DNA of 64,000 bases from Alkalispirochaeta sp. (GTDB lineage Bacteria; Spirochaetota; Spirochaetia; DSM-27196; Alkalispirochaetaceae), in contig CBDESZ010000025.1 of assembly GCA_965242725.1 (NCBI GenBank), positions 288,001-352,000 of the forward strand. Reading direction: 5' to 3'. Below the pieces are notes generated by a model that saw only the letters and a list, made by a program, of their open reading frames with translations, made no database searches and was not told the origin of the DNA. The position numbers and the translations under genes are program-made. Position 1 is the first letter of the stretch, and each line of letters begins with the position of its first letter. Positions 30,501 through 41,358 of the stretch are shown here, piece by piece.

Positions 30501-30678
30501 GTGATGAGAAATCAACGGCGGATATGCCGTCGTGGGTAATCGTCACCCGAACACGGGGGCGCTGCGTCTGGGGATAGAGCTGAATCGGCAGCCGGGTGAG
30601 GAGGAAAAGACCGGCAGCAAGCGTCATGATCGTGAGAAGGAAGAGTCCCGTCGATTTCCGAAAGAGAAAATTGAGCAT
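27589..30678 (-). CDS. RND efflux transporter (AcrB/AcrD/AcrF family)
   Basis: 1029 aa; LNLISLGGIALAVGMVIDSAIVVIENI, GIVVNNAI, RFIPIMMT, PLGIAVSGGL. Confidence 0.95.
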   Translation of the reverse strand: MLNFLFRKSTGLFLLTIMTLAAGLFLLTRLPIQLYPQTQRPRVRVTITHDGISAVDFSSQYAEEIESQLLNMEGADLLEVSYENDRSNFTTTFDWSIDPEEARSTVESTMNGIASTLPASLRDDYRVGFFSGENAGYLIIGITAPSISPEELFRILDSSVRPRLNAVDDADSVEIYPVDQLEVAVTLRPQAMLNHGLTILDVEAAMQSAVRSSSVGSLSEGETSYTLRFRRGVESVFDVGEIVVSRTGSVEVRLRDVADISIAYELPRRVFLMEGARGIQITATPIDGGNVRQMSRDISGVLAAARSEGLLPEDTVFQRYLDPAEYIDRSVRNVVRAAILGAILAMVVVLFGLGEIHNTALIGMSLPAALIFSFILMYFFDVTLNLISLGGIALAVGMVIDSAIVVIENIHRFRMNERPLRDAAHLRDIVVRAVSEVRVPVVASTLTSILVFLPISFTAPLTNAILGDQARTVVFALSMSLIVALTLVPVMAFHVFRPRGTPAAAPDGHGGLQRLSIPVMNAAREGYRFLLRALIRRRWASLLFMVCSFGILAFSVLRVLPLIPREIISPPLSDRVVIFFGSSSITDRDEIARSVVPELGERIDVLAGEHIVETYADVMGRFNRYFLNLSSSAVAEEVVGRLQEEFVSDNEWYYNVMMWDPAQLPLPRTMDLQISVHGDDPAAAVTLLERIRDLVNESELYGWAFTDPSTSFSDEVTFTPRTEVFEGFSEFSETGLLNIVRTALSGTSSIELDHDGKTIEVRGTYPEEYIDGLSALENFLIPYRRGAVPLKHFFDFSRSTGVAGIASEDGERVFRLYARMRPGTPAAERAGAENEIRDILEERLDLPPGFSITFDNPQAEMDEAIRSLFIALAVSVLLIYLLLAFQFDSLRLPLVILVTVPLGFIGVVLSLFVFKSTLSLNSMLGTILLGGIVVNNAIIMIDFYLRIRRFHRDRTEALVETAGLRFIPIMMTMLTTVFGMLPIAIGMGEGANIVQPLGIAVSGGLVVSTLFTLFMVPAILSFMDFGEPA

Positions 30679-30681
30679 CTG

Positions 30682-31605
30682 CTACCGTGCTGCCGTTCCC
30701 GCCTCGGTGGAGACGGTCATTCCCTCCCGCTCCCGGCCGGTCGGCCGGGCGAGGTAGGTTTCACCGGGGCGAATTCCGGCGGTAATGTGGTAGTCGTCTC
30801 CGTAGAGCTCGCCCGGTGTCACCTCCCGGGCGGTCAATGTTCCGTCTTCCGTCACGACCCATACGTAGTAGGAGCCGTACCGTCTGGTGACGGCGTCCCG
30901 TGAGATGAATATCCCTTCCGTTGAATCCGTCGGGAGATCGATGGTAATGAACTCACCGATACGAACCCCCGGCAACGCGGAAAATCGAAAGGTCAACTCA
31001 AAGAGTCCCGTCCCGTAGTCCGGCTCCTGGGAGCGGGCAATCAGCTGGCCTGGTATCGCCTCATGTTCAGTTGTCATTCCCGTGACCGCCCTTCCCACAT
31101 CGATCCGGAATGCGTCCTTATCGGAAATGTTGGCGGAGAGACGATACGCCCTGGTATCCAGAATGGTAACGGCGTCGTCTCCTGTGGAAACCTCCCCGTG
31201 AGTCGATACATGGACAACGGATACGCGGCCGGAGATCCTCGCTGGAAGGGGCACCGGCTGGTACAACTCGAGGACATCGTCCCTGCGACGAACACGCAAC
31301 AACGTATCACCCGTCGCGACGGAGTCACCCTCCCGGACTGAAATTGAGTCAACAAAGCCCGCCGTCGGGATACGGTGAACGATGCGGGCCTGCGGTTGCA
31401 GACGACCGGCGACGGTGATGGAATGGGCCCGCTCTGAAACGATGGCCGTCGTTGTACGCGCACCGGTACTGCCGTCGGAAGGGGACGCTCCCGCGCCGCG
31501 GCGTCCTCCGCCCGTCTGGGCTGGAAGCAACGCGATACCGATACACAGCAGGACGATACAAATCAGGCCACGGCGACCCGCCGGAAACCGGAGAATTCTG
31601 GACAT
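30682..31605 (-). CDS. RND periplasmic adaptor subunit
   Basis: Lipoyl halves (GFVDSISVREGDSVATGD / ISGRV), YVWVV, REVTPG; start 31605 or 31653. Confidence 0.8.
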   Translation of the reverse strand: MSRILRFPAGRRGLICIVLLCIGIALLPAQTGGGRRGAGASPSDGSTGARTTTAIVSERAHSITVAGRLQPQARIVHRIPTAGFVDSISVREGDSVATGDTLLRVRRRDDVLELYQPVPLPARISGRVSVVHVSTHGEVSTGDDAVTILDTRAYRLSANISDKDAFRIDVGRAVTGMTTEHEAIPGQLIARSQEPDYGTGLFELTFRFSALPGVRIGEFITIDLPTDSTEGIFISRDAVTRRYGSYYVWVVTEDGTLTAREVTPGELYGDDYHITAGIRPGETYLARPTGREREGMTVSTEAGTAAR

Positions 31606-31737
31606 CGATATCGAATATCTCCCCTCGTACGGGGAGGAGCGCTGATGGATCATCGAGGTACGGTAGTACCCGGGCATGGTAAGGTCAAGTGGACGTCTCC
31701 CGTTGTCCACAGACGGTCGTGTCAGTATGTTTTTGGC

Positions 31738-32328
31738 ATGAATGTTCCCTTCTTTCGAATTGTCACGGCGGCGATAGCCTTTGTCGCCGCCGCAGTCATC
31801 ATGGAGTTTGTCGCCCGGTACATGCACAAATACGTCATGCATGGAACGGGGTGGTGTCTTCATTACGACCATCACAACCATACCGGCCGGATATTCCAGA
31901 AGAACGACCTCTATTTCTTTTTCTTCGCGGGCCTTTCATTTCTCCTTATTTTTTTCGGTCTCCGGGGGCGGGTGATTGAAGTGGCTTCCGCCGGATTCGG
32001 CGTCGCTCTATACGGGATCGGCTACGTTCTCTTTCACGACATCATGTTTCACGGTCGGATCAAGGGATGGAGGTTCAAGCCGAAAAATCGCTACCTGAAA
32101 CGAATTATCAACGCACACCGGATGCATCACGCGACGGTGACACAGGGGGGAGCGACGAGCTTCAGTTTTCTCTGGGCGCCGAAATTCTATGATCCGGGAA
32201 ATCAGGCCGAAGTTGACGCAAAGATGAAGGAAATCCGGGAAATGCAACTGGCGGTGAAGCGTCGGGAACGGGAAAAGGAACAGGAAAGCGGACGTACCGG
32301 GTCCGGAGAAGGGGAGAATATTAGTTAA
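31738..32328 (+). CDS. crtZ: Beta-carotene hydroxylase (fatty acid hydroxylase/sterol desaturase superfamily)
   Basis: HKYVMHG, HYDHH, FQKND, HDIMFHGR, AHRMHH, SFSFL. Confidence 0.85.
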   Translation: MNVPFFRIVTAAIAFVAAAVIMEFVARYMHKYVMHGTGWCLHYDHHNHTGRIFQKNDLYFFFFAGLSFLLIFFGLRGRVIEVASAGFGVALYGIGYVLFHDIMFHGRIKGWRFKPKNRYLKRIINAHRMHHATVTQGGATSFSFLWAPKFYDPGNQAEVDAKMKEIREMQLAVKRREREKEQESGRTGSGEGENIS

Positions 32329-32367
32329 TCAGTAGACTTTGTCCTTCGTCATCACTACTATTCCCCT

Positions 32368-32823
32368 ATGAAGAAGTCTTTCTATCCGACCCAGGTGGAT
32401 CGCAGGGTCGTACGGTTTAACGCACTCCTGACGATACTTACTGCACTGATCGCCGCGGTCACGACGAGCTGGATTCCCATGGCGGTGCTGGCGGCGGATT
32501 TTTTCATCCGTGGTTTTCTGCATCCCCGCTGGAGTCTTTTTTCCACGGTATCCACATTCGTGTTGCAGCTCACCGGCGCTCCCTCGGGAAAAATGATATT
32601 CTTTCCTCCCAAACAATTTGCAGCGCGGGTGGGTCTTGCATTTTCGTTCACCGCGTTCGTGCTGTTTATGTCGTCGACGGTTCTTCCAGGAATAATTGTG
32701 ACGGGAACCCTGGCGCTGTTCGCTGCGCTTGAGTGTTTCTTCAATGTGTGCATGGGATGCATCATCTATAATTCCTTCATCGCGCCGCTGCGAAGACGGA
32801 AATCGCTGGAGATGAATCGATAA
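32368..32823 (+). CDS. DUF4395-like membrane protein
   Basis: VDRRVVRFNA, DFFIRGF, PKQFAARVG, LECFFNVCMGC. Confidence 0.75.
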   Translation: MKKSFYPTQVDRRVVRFNALLTILTALIAAVTTSWIPMAVLAADFFIRGFLHPRWSLFSTVSTFVLQLTGAPSGKMIFFPPKQFAARVGLAFSFTAFVLFMSSTVLPGIIVTGTLALFAALECFFNVCMGCIIYNSFIAPLRRRKSLEMNR

Positions 32824-32825
32824 TC

Positions 32826-34016
32826 ATGAGACGGGATACGGAGACAATACGGTTTCAGACGGAGCGATCTCACCACGGTGAACATGGCGTGCCGGTCTAT
32901 CTGACCAGCGGATATGTCTTTGATTCGGCTCAGGACGCCGCCGACGCGTTTGCAGGTGAACTGGCTCACCCCCTGTACGGGCGGTTTGACAACCCCAATA
33001 CCGATGAACTTGCGGCACGTCTGGCGAGTCTGGAAGGGTTGGAACGGGGACTCGTGACCGCCAGCGGCATGAGTGCCATCGTAACGAGCATGCTGGGACT
33101 CCTGCGGGCGGGAGATCACGTCGTCGGCAGCGTTCAGGTATTCGGATCGACCCTTTCGCTGCTGAAGGAGTTCCTGCCTCGCTGGGGAATAGAAACAACC
33201 CTCGTCGATCTCCCCGATCTCGCAGCCTGGGAGGCGGCGTGTCAGGACAATACGAGGATGTTCATACTGGAAACGCCGAGCAATCCGGGTCTTGAGATTG
33301 TGGATCTCCGCAAACTCAGCGACATCGCACACAGTCGTGGAATTCTGGTGAATGTGGACAATTGTTTCGCGACTCCGGTCCTCCAGAAACCGGCGGATTT
33401 CGGTGCCGATATCGTCGTCCACTCGGCGACGAAATTTATCGATGGACAGGGGCGGGTTCTCGGCGGTGCGGTGCTGACATCCAATGAGTTGATCGGGGAA
33501 CTCATGCCCTTCTATCGAACCCTCGGTCCGACCATGTCCGCTTTCAATGCATGGGTACTTTCAAGGAGCCTCGAAACCCTCTCACTTCGCATGGAGCGCC
33601 ATTGCGGGACCGCGTCTTTTCTTGCCGGCCGCCTCCAGGAGTATTCCGCAGGCAAACCGAAAGGGCTTTCGGTCGGACGTGTCCGTTATCCGGGGCTGTC
33701 CGATCATCCCCAGTACGAGATCGCATCGAGGCAAATGACGGGAGCGGGGGCTCTCTTCACCTTGGAAGTCGGAGCCGGTCAAAAAGACGCATTTGACTTC
33801 ATGGATCGACTGCGCTGTTTCTCCCGTTCAGTCAATCTCGGAGATGCCCGGTCCATCGTAACCCATCCGTATACAACGACCCACAGTTCTCTCCCGGATA
33901 CCCTCAAGACACGTCTCAATATCACTCCGAATCTCGTACGGGTATCGGTCGGTCTCGAAGACCCCGAGGATCTCTGGGACGACCTCGAGGCGGCTCTGAC
34001 GGCGGACCGCCGCTGA
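32826..34016 (+). CDS. metZ: O-succinylhomoserine sulfhydrylase (trans-sulfuration PLP enzyme)
   Basis: YLTSGYVF, YGRFDNP, ASGMSAI, ETPSNP, VDNCFATP, HSATKFIDGQGR, NLGDARS, HPYTTTH. Confidence 0.85.
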   Translation: MRRDTETIRFQTERSHHGEHGVPVYLTSGYVFDSAQDAADAFAGELAHPLYGRFDNPNTDELAARLASLEGLERGLVTASGMSAIVTSMLGLLRAGDHVVGSVQVFGSTLSLLKEFLPRWGIETTLVDLPDLAAWEAACQDNTRMFILETPSNPGLEIVDLRKLSDIAHSRGILVNVDNCFATPVLQKPADFGADIVVHSATKFIDGQGRVLGGAVLTSNELIGELMPFYRTLGPTMSAFNAWVLSRSLETLSLRMERHCGTASFLAGRLQEYSAGKPKGLSVGRVRYPGLSDHPQYEIASRQMTGAGALFTLEVGAGQKDAFDFMDRLRCFSRSVNLGDARSIVTHPYTTTHSSLPDTLKTRLNITPNLVRVSVGLEDPEDLWDDLEAALTADRR

Positions 34017-34071
34017 TTTTCCCGGTTTGTCGGGCCTTGACCGAATAAACTCGGAATCCTACACTTCCCCC

Positions 34072-35055
34072 ATGAAAACAGCCGTTACGGTCTTTGACTC
34101 ATACGTGCCCCAGCGGGTTATGTCCAATGATGAGGTTGCCCGACTGGTCGACACATCGGACGAGTGGATTCGCTCCCACACCGGTATCGCCGAGCGGCAT
34201 ATCGCCGCCCCTGAGGAAGCGGCAAGCGACCTGGCCGTGGAGGCGGGGACTCGTGTTCTTGAGCGGAGAGATATCTCTCCCGATCAAATCGACATGATCA
34301 TTGTCGCGAGCTCTACGACGGACTACCCCAACTTCCCGGCGACTGCATCCATCGTTCAGGATCGGCTCGGATGTTCCAATGCCGGGGCGTTTGACATTTC
34401 GGCAGGTTGTACGGGATTCGTATACGGTCTGGAACTTGCGCGGTCCCTCGTTGATGCGGGCTCGTCCGATCGGGTCCTGCTCATCGGTGCGGAGGTTCTC
34501 ACAAAGATCACCAACTGGGACGACCGCAACACATGTGTACTTTTCGGTGACGGCGCCGGGGCGGCGCTTATTGAAGGTACCGATGACGTATCCACTAAGG
34601 TTCTCCGTTCCTTTTTACGCTCACAAGGTGGTGGAGATACCTCGCTTATCCGTCGCGTCGGCGGAAGCCGCACTCCCTTTGACCCCGCTGTGCATACCCC
34701 CGAGGATATGCAGATACACATGGACGGTCGCGCAGTCTATCTCTTTGCAGTCGACGCCGTCGTGAAGACGATCAGGGCGTTGTGCGACGACCAGGGAATT
34801 GAACCCCGGGAGCTGGACTGGATCGTTCCGCATCAGGCCAACGCGCGGATCATTGAAGCGGCGGCGAAACGTCTCAAGCTTCCGACGGACCTCTTCTATT
34901 TGAATCTCGACCGGTATGCAAACACATCTGCGGCGTCCATACCGATCGCGATAACGGAAATGGTGGAACGTGGTCTTTTGCAGAGGGATCAGAAAGTTGC
35001 AACCGTCGGATTCGGTGCCGGACTATCCTACGGCGGAAACCTTCTGCAGTGGTGA
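34072..35055 (+). CDS. fabH: 3-oxoacyl-ACP synthase III
   Basis: DTSDEWI, AGCTGF, LFGDGAGA, PHQANARII, NTSAASIP, GFGAGL; TTGACC-17-TACACT promoter ending 6 nt before ATG 34072. Confidence 0.95.
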   Translation: MKTAVTVFDSYVPQRVMSNDEVARLVDTSDEWIRSHTGIAERHIAAPEEAASDLAVEAGTRVLERRDISPDQIDMIIVASSTTDYPNFPATASIVQDRLGCSNAGAFDISAGCTGFVYGLELARSLVDAGSSDRVLLIGAEVLTKITNWDDRNTCVLFGDGAGAALIEGTDDVSTKVLRSFLRSQGGGDTSLIRRVGGSRTPFDPAVHTPEDMQIHMDGRAVYLFAVDAVVKTIRALCDDQGIEPRELDWIVPHQANARIIEAAAKRLKLPTDLFYLNLDRYANTSAASIPIAITEMVERGLLQRDQKVATVGFGAGLSYGGNLLQW

Positions 35056-35114
35056 GGTCCACCCGACGGACAAAGGGCGGACAAGGGGTAATTGAAACGT
35101 AATGCGCCGGCGCG

Positions 35115-35762
35115 TCAGAGGTAGAGCTGCACGCCGGCGTAAAAGAACCCCGCTCCTCCCAGCACAAAGAGATGCCAAATCATGTGGTAGTAGGGAACTC
35201 GTTTCAGGGCATAGACGATGGTCCCCAGACTGTAGACGACACCACCTGCGACCATGAGGTAGACAAAATGCAGGGGAAGTATCTCCAGGATATCCCGAAT
35301 GCGTATGATTGCAAGCCAGCCCATCGCCAGAAAGAATACAACTTGCCACAGCTTAAAGGATTCCCAGAACAGCACCTTGAGAGTCATTCCGGTAATCGCG
35401 AGCATCCATACAAACATCAGCGTTCTATAGGACCACGATGTTCCGATAACCGTCATGATGGGGGTATAGGTCCCGGCAATCAGGAGAAATATGGAGAGGT
35501 GGTCCATGAGCCTGAACAATCGTTTCCAGGAAGAACCCCGGGGACTCAGGTGATAGAGGGTTGAGGCACTGAATAGCAGGATCATCGTGAATCCAAAGAC
35601 AATGTACGCCGCCGTTACCATAGGTCCATCACCCTTCATACCAAGGGCGATCGTCCCGCCAATCGCGAGAACAACACCGATGAGATGAGATATTCCGTTT
35701 GCAAGCTCCTCCCTCGGCGTGTCGTGGGAGTGGAGGGAAATATGCCGTGTCAGCCAGTTCAT
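35115..35762 (-). CDS. Hemolysin III/PAQR family membrane protein
   Basis: EELANGISH, STLYH, DHLSIFLLIAGTYTP, HMIWHLFV. Confidence 0.9.
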   Translation of the reverse strand: MNWLTRHISLHSHDTPREELANGISHLIGVVLAIGGTIALGMKGDGPMVTAAYIVFGFTMILLFSASTLYHLSPRGSSWKRLFRLMDHLSIFLLIAGTYTPIMTVIGTSWSYRTLMFVWMLAITGMTLKVLFWESFKLWQVVFFLAMGWLAIIRIRDILEILPLHFVYLMVAGGVVYSLGTIVYALKRVPYYHMIWHLFVLGGAGFFYAGVQLYL

Positions 35763-35904
35763 TTGGGGGATGATAACAGAGTGATTCCATTCGGTATATC
35801 CTCACACGCACATCGTTGTTGAGAACGAAATTTCCTGCAAGGAAATCTCCTTTCCACCGGATTCGCTCTTTTTACGTATCCCCCATTCGCCATATACTGA
35901 CGCC

Positions 35905-37014
35905 ATGGATAAGGTAGTTTTACGCGCTCGGGATCTCGACGAATATCTGACGGACAGTGATCGGTCACTGGTAGCAGAAATGGACGGACTCTACGCGCAG
36001 GCGCTGGAGACGATGAAGGTACTCAACAGTGCCCCCAATGAACAGCGGCAACAACGGGCAAAACAACGTCTCATAGAACTGTATCAGGTCATGGGTGATC
36101 GCATGCAGGAGCTTATCGGTGAGGAAGAGCGGGTAAAAGTCTACTCCTTCCAGACACCCCGGGCCGTTCACGGGGAAGCTTCCCGACTGATCGCCAAACT
36201 TCGGGATACAAGGACGCCTCAAAGCGAGTTTGTCTATTATATACAACGGGCGTATGAGCTTCTCTTCAATCTGGCCTATGCGGAACCGGACAATCACCAC
36301 AAGAACCATCTGATTGTACGGACCCCGGTAACGGACCCGGTACAGAACTTTGCGGTTCACAAGATTCCTGATGTCGACGAGGTTCTGGAAAACACGGTGA
36401 TGTGCGTGATGCTGCGGGGGGCGCTCCTGCCGTCCATGATCATGTCCAAGGAAATTCAGGAGTATACGTCAACCCGATATGTCACCCCTTTCGCCCTTTT
36501 TCGCATCAGCCGGGACGACAATAAGATGGAATCCAACATGGAGTACATTCTTGATCTTGATCGCTCCTACTTTGAACTTGAATCACTTGATGGAAAGGAT
36601 CTGATTTTCGCCGATCCGATGAACGCCACCGGAGGGAGTCTGGTAACGATCATTCAGTATCTTCACAGTCAGGGAATCCATCCGCGGTCGGTGCGATTTT
36701 TCAACGTGATCTCGGCGCTGAAGGGGTCTCTCAGGATCGTCCGTGCCATAGATGTTGCGACGGTATATACCCTCTGGATGGATCCCGTCCTGAATGAAGC
36801 GGCGTACATACTTCCCGGACTTGGTGATGCCGGAGATCGCCTCAACGGCAGCGATTCCGAAGAGGCGCCGAGAAACATCATTCAGCTGATTGCGGACTAT
36901 GGAGCAACCGTCTCAAACCTCTACCGATCGCAGGTCAGGGAAATTGAACAAACCGTACTCGGTCACGTTGCAGCGCGGCGGAGAAACCGGGGTGCTTCCG
37001 CCGACGGTAACTAA
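35905..37014 (+). CDS. upp: Uracil phosphoribosyltransferase, long spirochaete-type form
   Basis: LRD, VMLRGAL, ADPMNATGGS, LNEAAYILPGLGDAGDRLNG. Confidence 0.85.
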   Translation: MDKVVLRARDLDEYLTDSDRSLVAEMDGLYAQALETMKVLNSAPNEQRQQRAKQRLIELYQVMGDRMQELIGEEERVKVYSFQTPRAVHGEASRLIAKLRDTRTPQSEFVYYIQRAYELLFNLAYAEPDNHHKNHLIVRTPVTDPVQNFAVHKIPDVDEVLENTVMCVMLRGALLPSMIMSKEIQEYTSTRYVTPFALFRISRDDNKMESNMEYILDLDRSYFELESLDGKDLIFADPMNATGGSLVTIIQYLHSQGIHPRSVRFFNVISALKGSLRIVRAIDVATVYTLWMDPVLNEAAYILPGLGDAGDRLNGSDSEEAPRNIIQLIADYGATVSNLYRSQVREIEQTVLGHVAARRRNRGASADGN

Positions 37015-37030
37015 GTGAGGTGTAGTTCGG

Positions 37031-38023
37031 GTGCGTGACGTAAGGATGTCCGGCAGGGCCGGCGCGAAATGGATCGCCGTCGCCGCCGTGCTGCTCATTT
37101 TCGGTTCATGCGTCTCCCGCGTAAGCTACCGGGAATTGGCCCAGGAATATTACAACCTGGGAAACGCCTTTTTTGATATCGGTGACTTTGAGCGCTCGTA
37201 CGAATATTACACCCGGGCTTTGGAGCTGGATGACTCGCTTCCCGCGACGGGGTATAACCTTGCGCGCCTGCACGTTCAGCGTGGCGAGTACAAAGAGGCG
37301 GAGGAGGTGATCGCCCGCCTGATTATGAACGATCCTGAAAACAGCCTCTATCGCGAAACCGCCGCCTATATCCGGTTTCGTGCCGGTTTTATCGATGACG
37401 CCCGGGAACGGTATCGTGCACTGATAGATGAATTCCCCGGACGGTCTCGCCTGTACTACAACCTCGCCGTACTCGAGATGGGCGAAGAACGACCGGCGGC
37501 GGCGTACCGCATTCTGAACGATGGGTTCCCCTTCGCCAGGGACGATCTGGATTATCTCTGGCTCATGGCCGAGGCGGCGTACCGCGGAGAAAACCACGAC
37601 GAAGTGGAGCGTCTGCTTGACCGGTACAGGACGACTGCCCAGGACGATGAAACCGCGCTCATTCAGCTGGCGGAGCGTTATGCCGACTGGGGGTATGGAT
37701 TGGCGGCACTGGACGTTATCGGTCATCTCTCCGACGACGCCCGGGGCCGGAGTGACCTCGCCTTCCTTGAAGCCGGGCTGCTGCTGACGGGAACGACCGA
37801 CTTTGATCGGGGCATTCGGCGATTGCGGGACGCCCTGGAAGGCGGCTTTGAGGATCACGATCGATTGTTATCGTTGCTCCATGACGTGCCGCCCGGGGAC
37901 GAGCCGACTATTCGGGAGCTTCTCGATGAGTTTGAAATTCCTCTCGAAGGTCCGGAGATCGATGTAGAGAATACCGACGGTGAAAAGGAAAACGAGTCGA
38001 CGACCGACGACGCAACATCATGA
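37031..38023 (+). CDS. TPR-repeat lipoprotein
   Basis: Lipobox-like FGSC; TPR motifs YYNLGNAF, YNLARL, YYNLAVL; start may be 37046. Confidence 0.75.
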   Translation: MRDVRMSGRAGAKWIAVAAVLLIFGSCVSRVSYRELAQEYYNLGNAFFDIGDFERSYEYYTRALELDDSLPATGYNLARLHVQRGEYKEAEEVIARLIMNDPENSLYRETAAYIRFRAGFIDDARERYRALIDEFPGRSRLYYNLAVLEMGEERPAAAYRILNDGFPFARDDLDYLWLMAEAAYRGENHDEVERLLDRYRTTAQDDETALIQLAERYADWGYGLAALDVIGHLSDDARGRSDLAFLEAGLLLTGTTDFDRGIRRLRDALEGGFEDHDRLLSLLHDVPPGDEPTIRELLDEFEIPLEGPEIDVENTDGEKENESTTDDATS

Positions 38024-38121
38024 CGGTCCGACGGAACCTCTATCTGTTCTGTGTATTTGAGTCGGCCGGGCCCGATCGTCGTTGCTTCAAGACACCCGGC
38101 GGCGTACACCGTCGGTTAATG

Positions 38122-38751
38122 CTAAAGGGAAAGGACCCGTCGCAAGGTACCAAACACCTCTTCCGGGGCGGGAGCGGCATCCACATCGATCAACAGGTCG
38201 CGGCTGCGATAGTACTCGACAAGGGGTGCCGTCTGTTTCTGATACACTTCCAGACGCGTCGCAATTGATTCTTCCCGATCGTCTTCACGCTGAATCAGCT
38301 CTTCTCCCGTTACATCGTCTTTATCCGCAGCCATTGGGGGATTAAAAAGAACGTGGTACGTACGACCGCTGGCTGGATGGATTCGCCGTCCCGAGAGGCG
38401 CTTGATCACCTCGTGATCGGGCAACACAAAATTGATTGCATGATCTATTGCTACCATTTCCGAAAGCGCGTCAGCCTGCGGAATGGTCCGCGGAAATCCG
38501 TCAAGGATGAATCCATCCTTTGTGTCTTCCCGGGCGAGTCGATCCCGAACAAGTTCAATGGTCAATGAATCCGGAACGAGATCACCGCTGTCCAATATCG
38601 CTTTTACCTTTTTTCCCAGGTTGGTTTTGTTCTTGATATTGGCCCGAAAGATATCACCAGTAGAAATATGAGGAATTGCTGCGGCTTCAGCGACCTTTAC
38701 GGCCATTGTGCCTTTTCCGGCGCCCGGCGGTCCAAGAAAAATGAGATTCAC
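38122..38751 (-). CDS. adk: Adenylate kinase
   Basis: GPPGAGKGT, HISTGDIFR, GFILDGFPRT, RLSGRR, QREDD. Confidence 0.97.
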   Translation of the reverse strand: MNLIFLGPPGAGKGTMAVKVAEAAAIPHISTGDIFRANIKNKTNLGKKVKAILDSGDLVPDSLTIELVRDRLAREDTKDGFILDGFPRTIPQADALSEMVAIDHAINFVLPDHEVIKRLSGRRIHPASGRTYHVLFNPPMAADKDDVTGEELIQREDDREESIATRLEVYQKQTAPLVEYYRSRDLLIDVDAAPAPEEVFGTLRRVLSL

Positions 38752-38852
38752 CCTGTGCCTCCTACTGGATTATGTATCGAGTATAGTAGGGGGATCGGTC
38801 CATATGGTCAACAAAATTTGCCCGCGCCGTCGCAATGTAATACTGTTACAGT

Positions 38853-39212
38853 ATGAACGTATGGGATGAGATCCAACAGAATGTTTCAAAACGTTCCCGG
38901 GAGTGGTTGTCCTGGGCAAAACAACACGCCCAGGAGATCGGGGAGGCCGGTGTGCGTCATATCGAACGCCAGGATCTACTGTCGGAACGGAAACAGCTTG
39001 TCCATCGAATCGGCGAGGAAGTGGTAAATCGCTTTCTTGTGGAAGACAAGAAGACGATACGTCAGGATTCCCCGGAGATTCGGGAACAACTTGAACGAAT
39101 CCATATGATAGATACCCGACTCAGTACCCTTGAGGCGTCGGACAGAAGGGACAATGAGGAGACGACGGAAAATAACGCAAAAAGTGACGATAACTATCCC
39201 GAAACCAGTTGA
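38853..39212 (+). CDS. Hypothetical helical protein
   Basis: 119 aa ORF with coiled-coil character; promoter-like TTGCCC-17-TACTGT ending 6 nt before the ATG. Confidence 0.65.
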   Translation: MNVWDEIQQNVSKRSREWLSWAKQHAQEIGEAGVRHIERQDLLSERKQLVHRIGEEVVNRFLVEDKKTIRQDSPEIREQLERIHMIDTRLSTLEASDRRDNEETTENNAKSDDNYPETS

Positions 39213-39455
39213 CCTGTCGGCGGGGAATTTGGTAGGTTTCCGCTCGCGTCGCACGGGTGAAACCGGAGGCGCCGACAACAGAGGGTGGTCAGGAAGCTTG
39301 AAAGAAAAGCAGCTGAAGTGGTTGACACGGAGAGCTGAGAACGAGTAGAGTGACCATCCGCCGCACGAACACCGGACGACACACAAGCACACGCGGGACG
39401 TCACGAGAGGGAACGAGTGTGTAGACGACGGTGAGTGAGGCGAGCTCTTTCACAT
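39209..39455 (+). promoter_or_regulatory. rRNA operon tandem promoters and boxA-like antiterminator
   Basis: TTGACC(39209)-18-TAGGTT; TTGACA(39322)-18-TAGAGT; GCTCTTTCACA near 39444. Confidence 0.55.
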
Positions 39456-39551
39456 GGAATAATAGAGAAGGGAAGGACGCGTAACGCGAAGAAGCGGGTT
39501 CAGTTGATTACTTGAAATGGTAAGCGTCTCTGTTTACAGAGGCGTTAATAG

Positions 39552-41093
<1,542 letters not shown>

Positions 41094-41284
41094 CTACGAG
41101 AAAGGTCACATCGACAGCTGTCTTTTTTTGGCAGTGCCGTTGATGGCGGTTGGCAACAACCGCAACACGTTCGGTATCGATTCGCGTCGATGACCGGACA
41201 AGGGTCGTTGACCCGGATGGTCGGATGCATGCTGCATCGACCGTCCACCCCGCTTCTTCCTGCGTCCTTCTCTTTCTTTTATAT

Positions 41285-41358
41285 GGGCCTGTAGCTCAGT
41301 CGGTTAGAGCACTTCTCTGATAAGGAAGGGGTCACTAGTTCGAGTCTAGTCAGGCCCA
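41285..41358 (+). tRNA. tRNA-Ile(GAT)
   Basis: GGGCCTG acceptor stem, D-arm AGCTCAGTCGGTTAGAGC, anticodon arm CTTCT-CTGATAA-GGAAG, T-loop GTTCGAG; CCA not encoded. Confidence 0.95.

Noticed and set aside
35115..35762. Hemolysin as a toxin or virulence factor
   Set aside because: PAQR/hemolysin III proteins are widespread membrane proteins with no evidence of toxin function here
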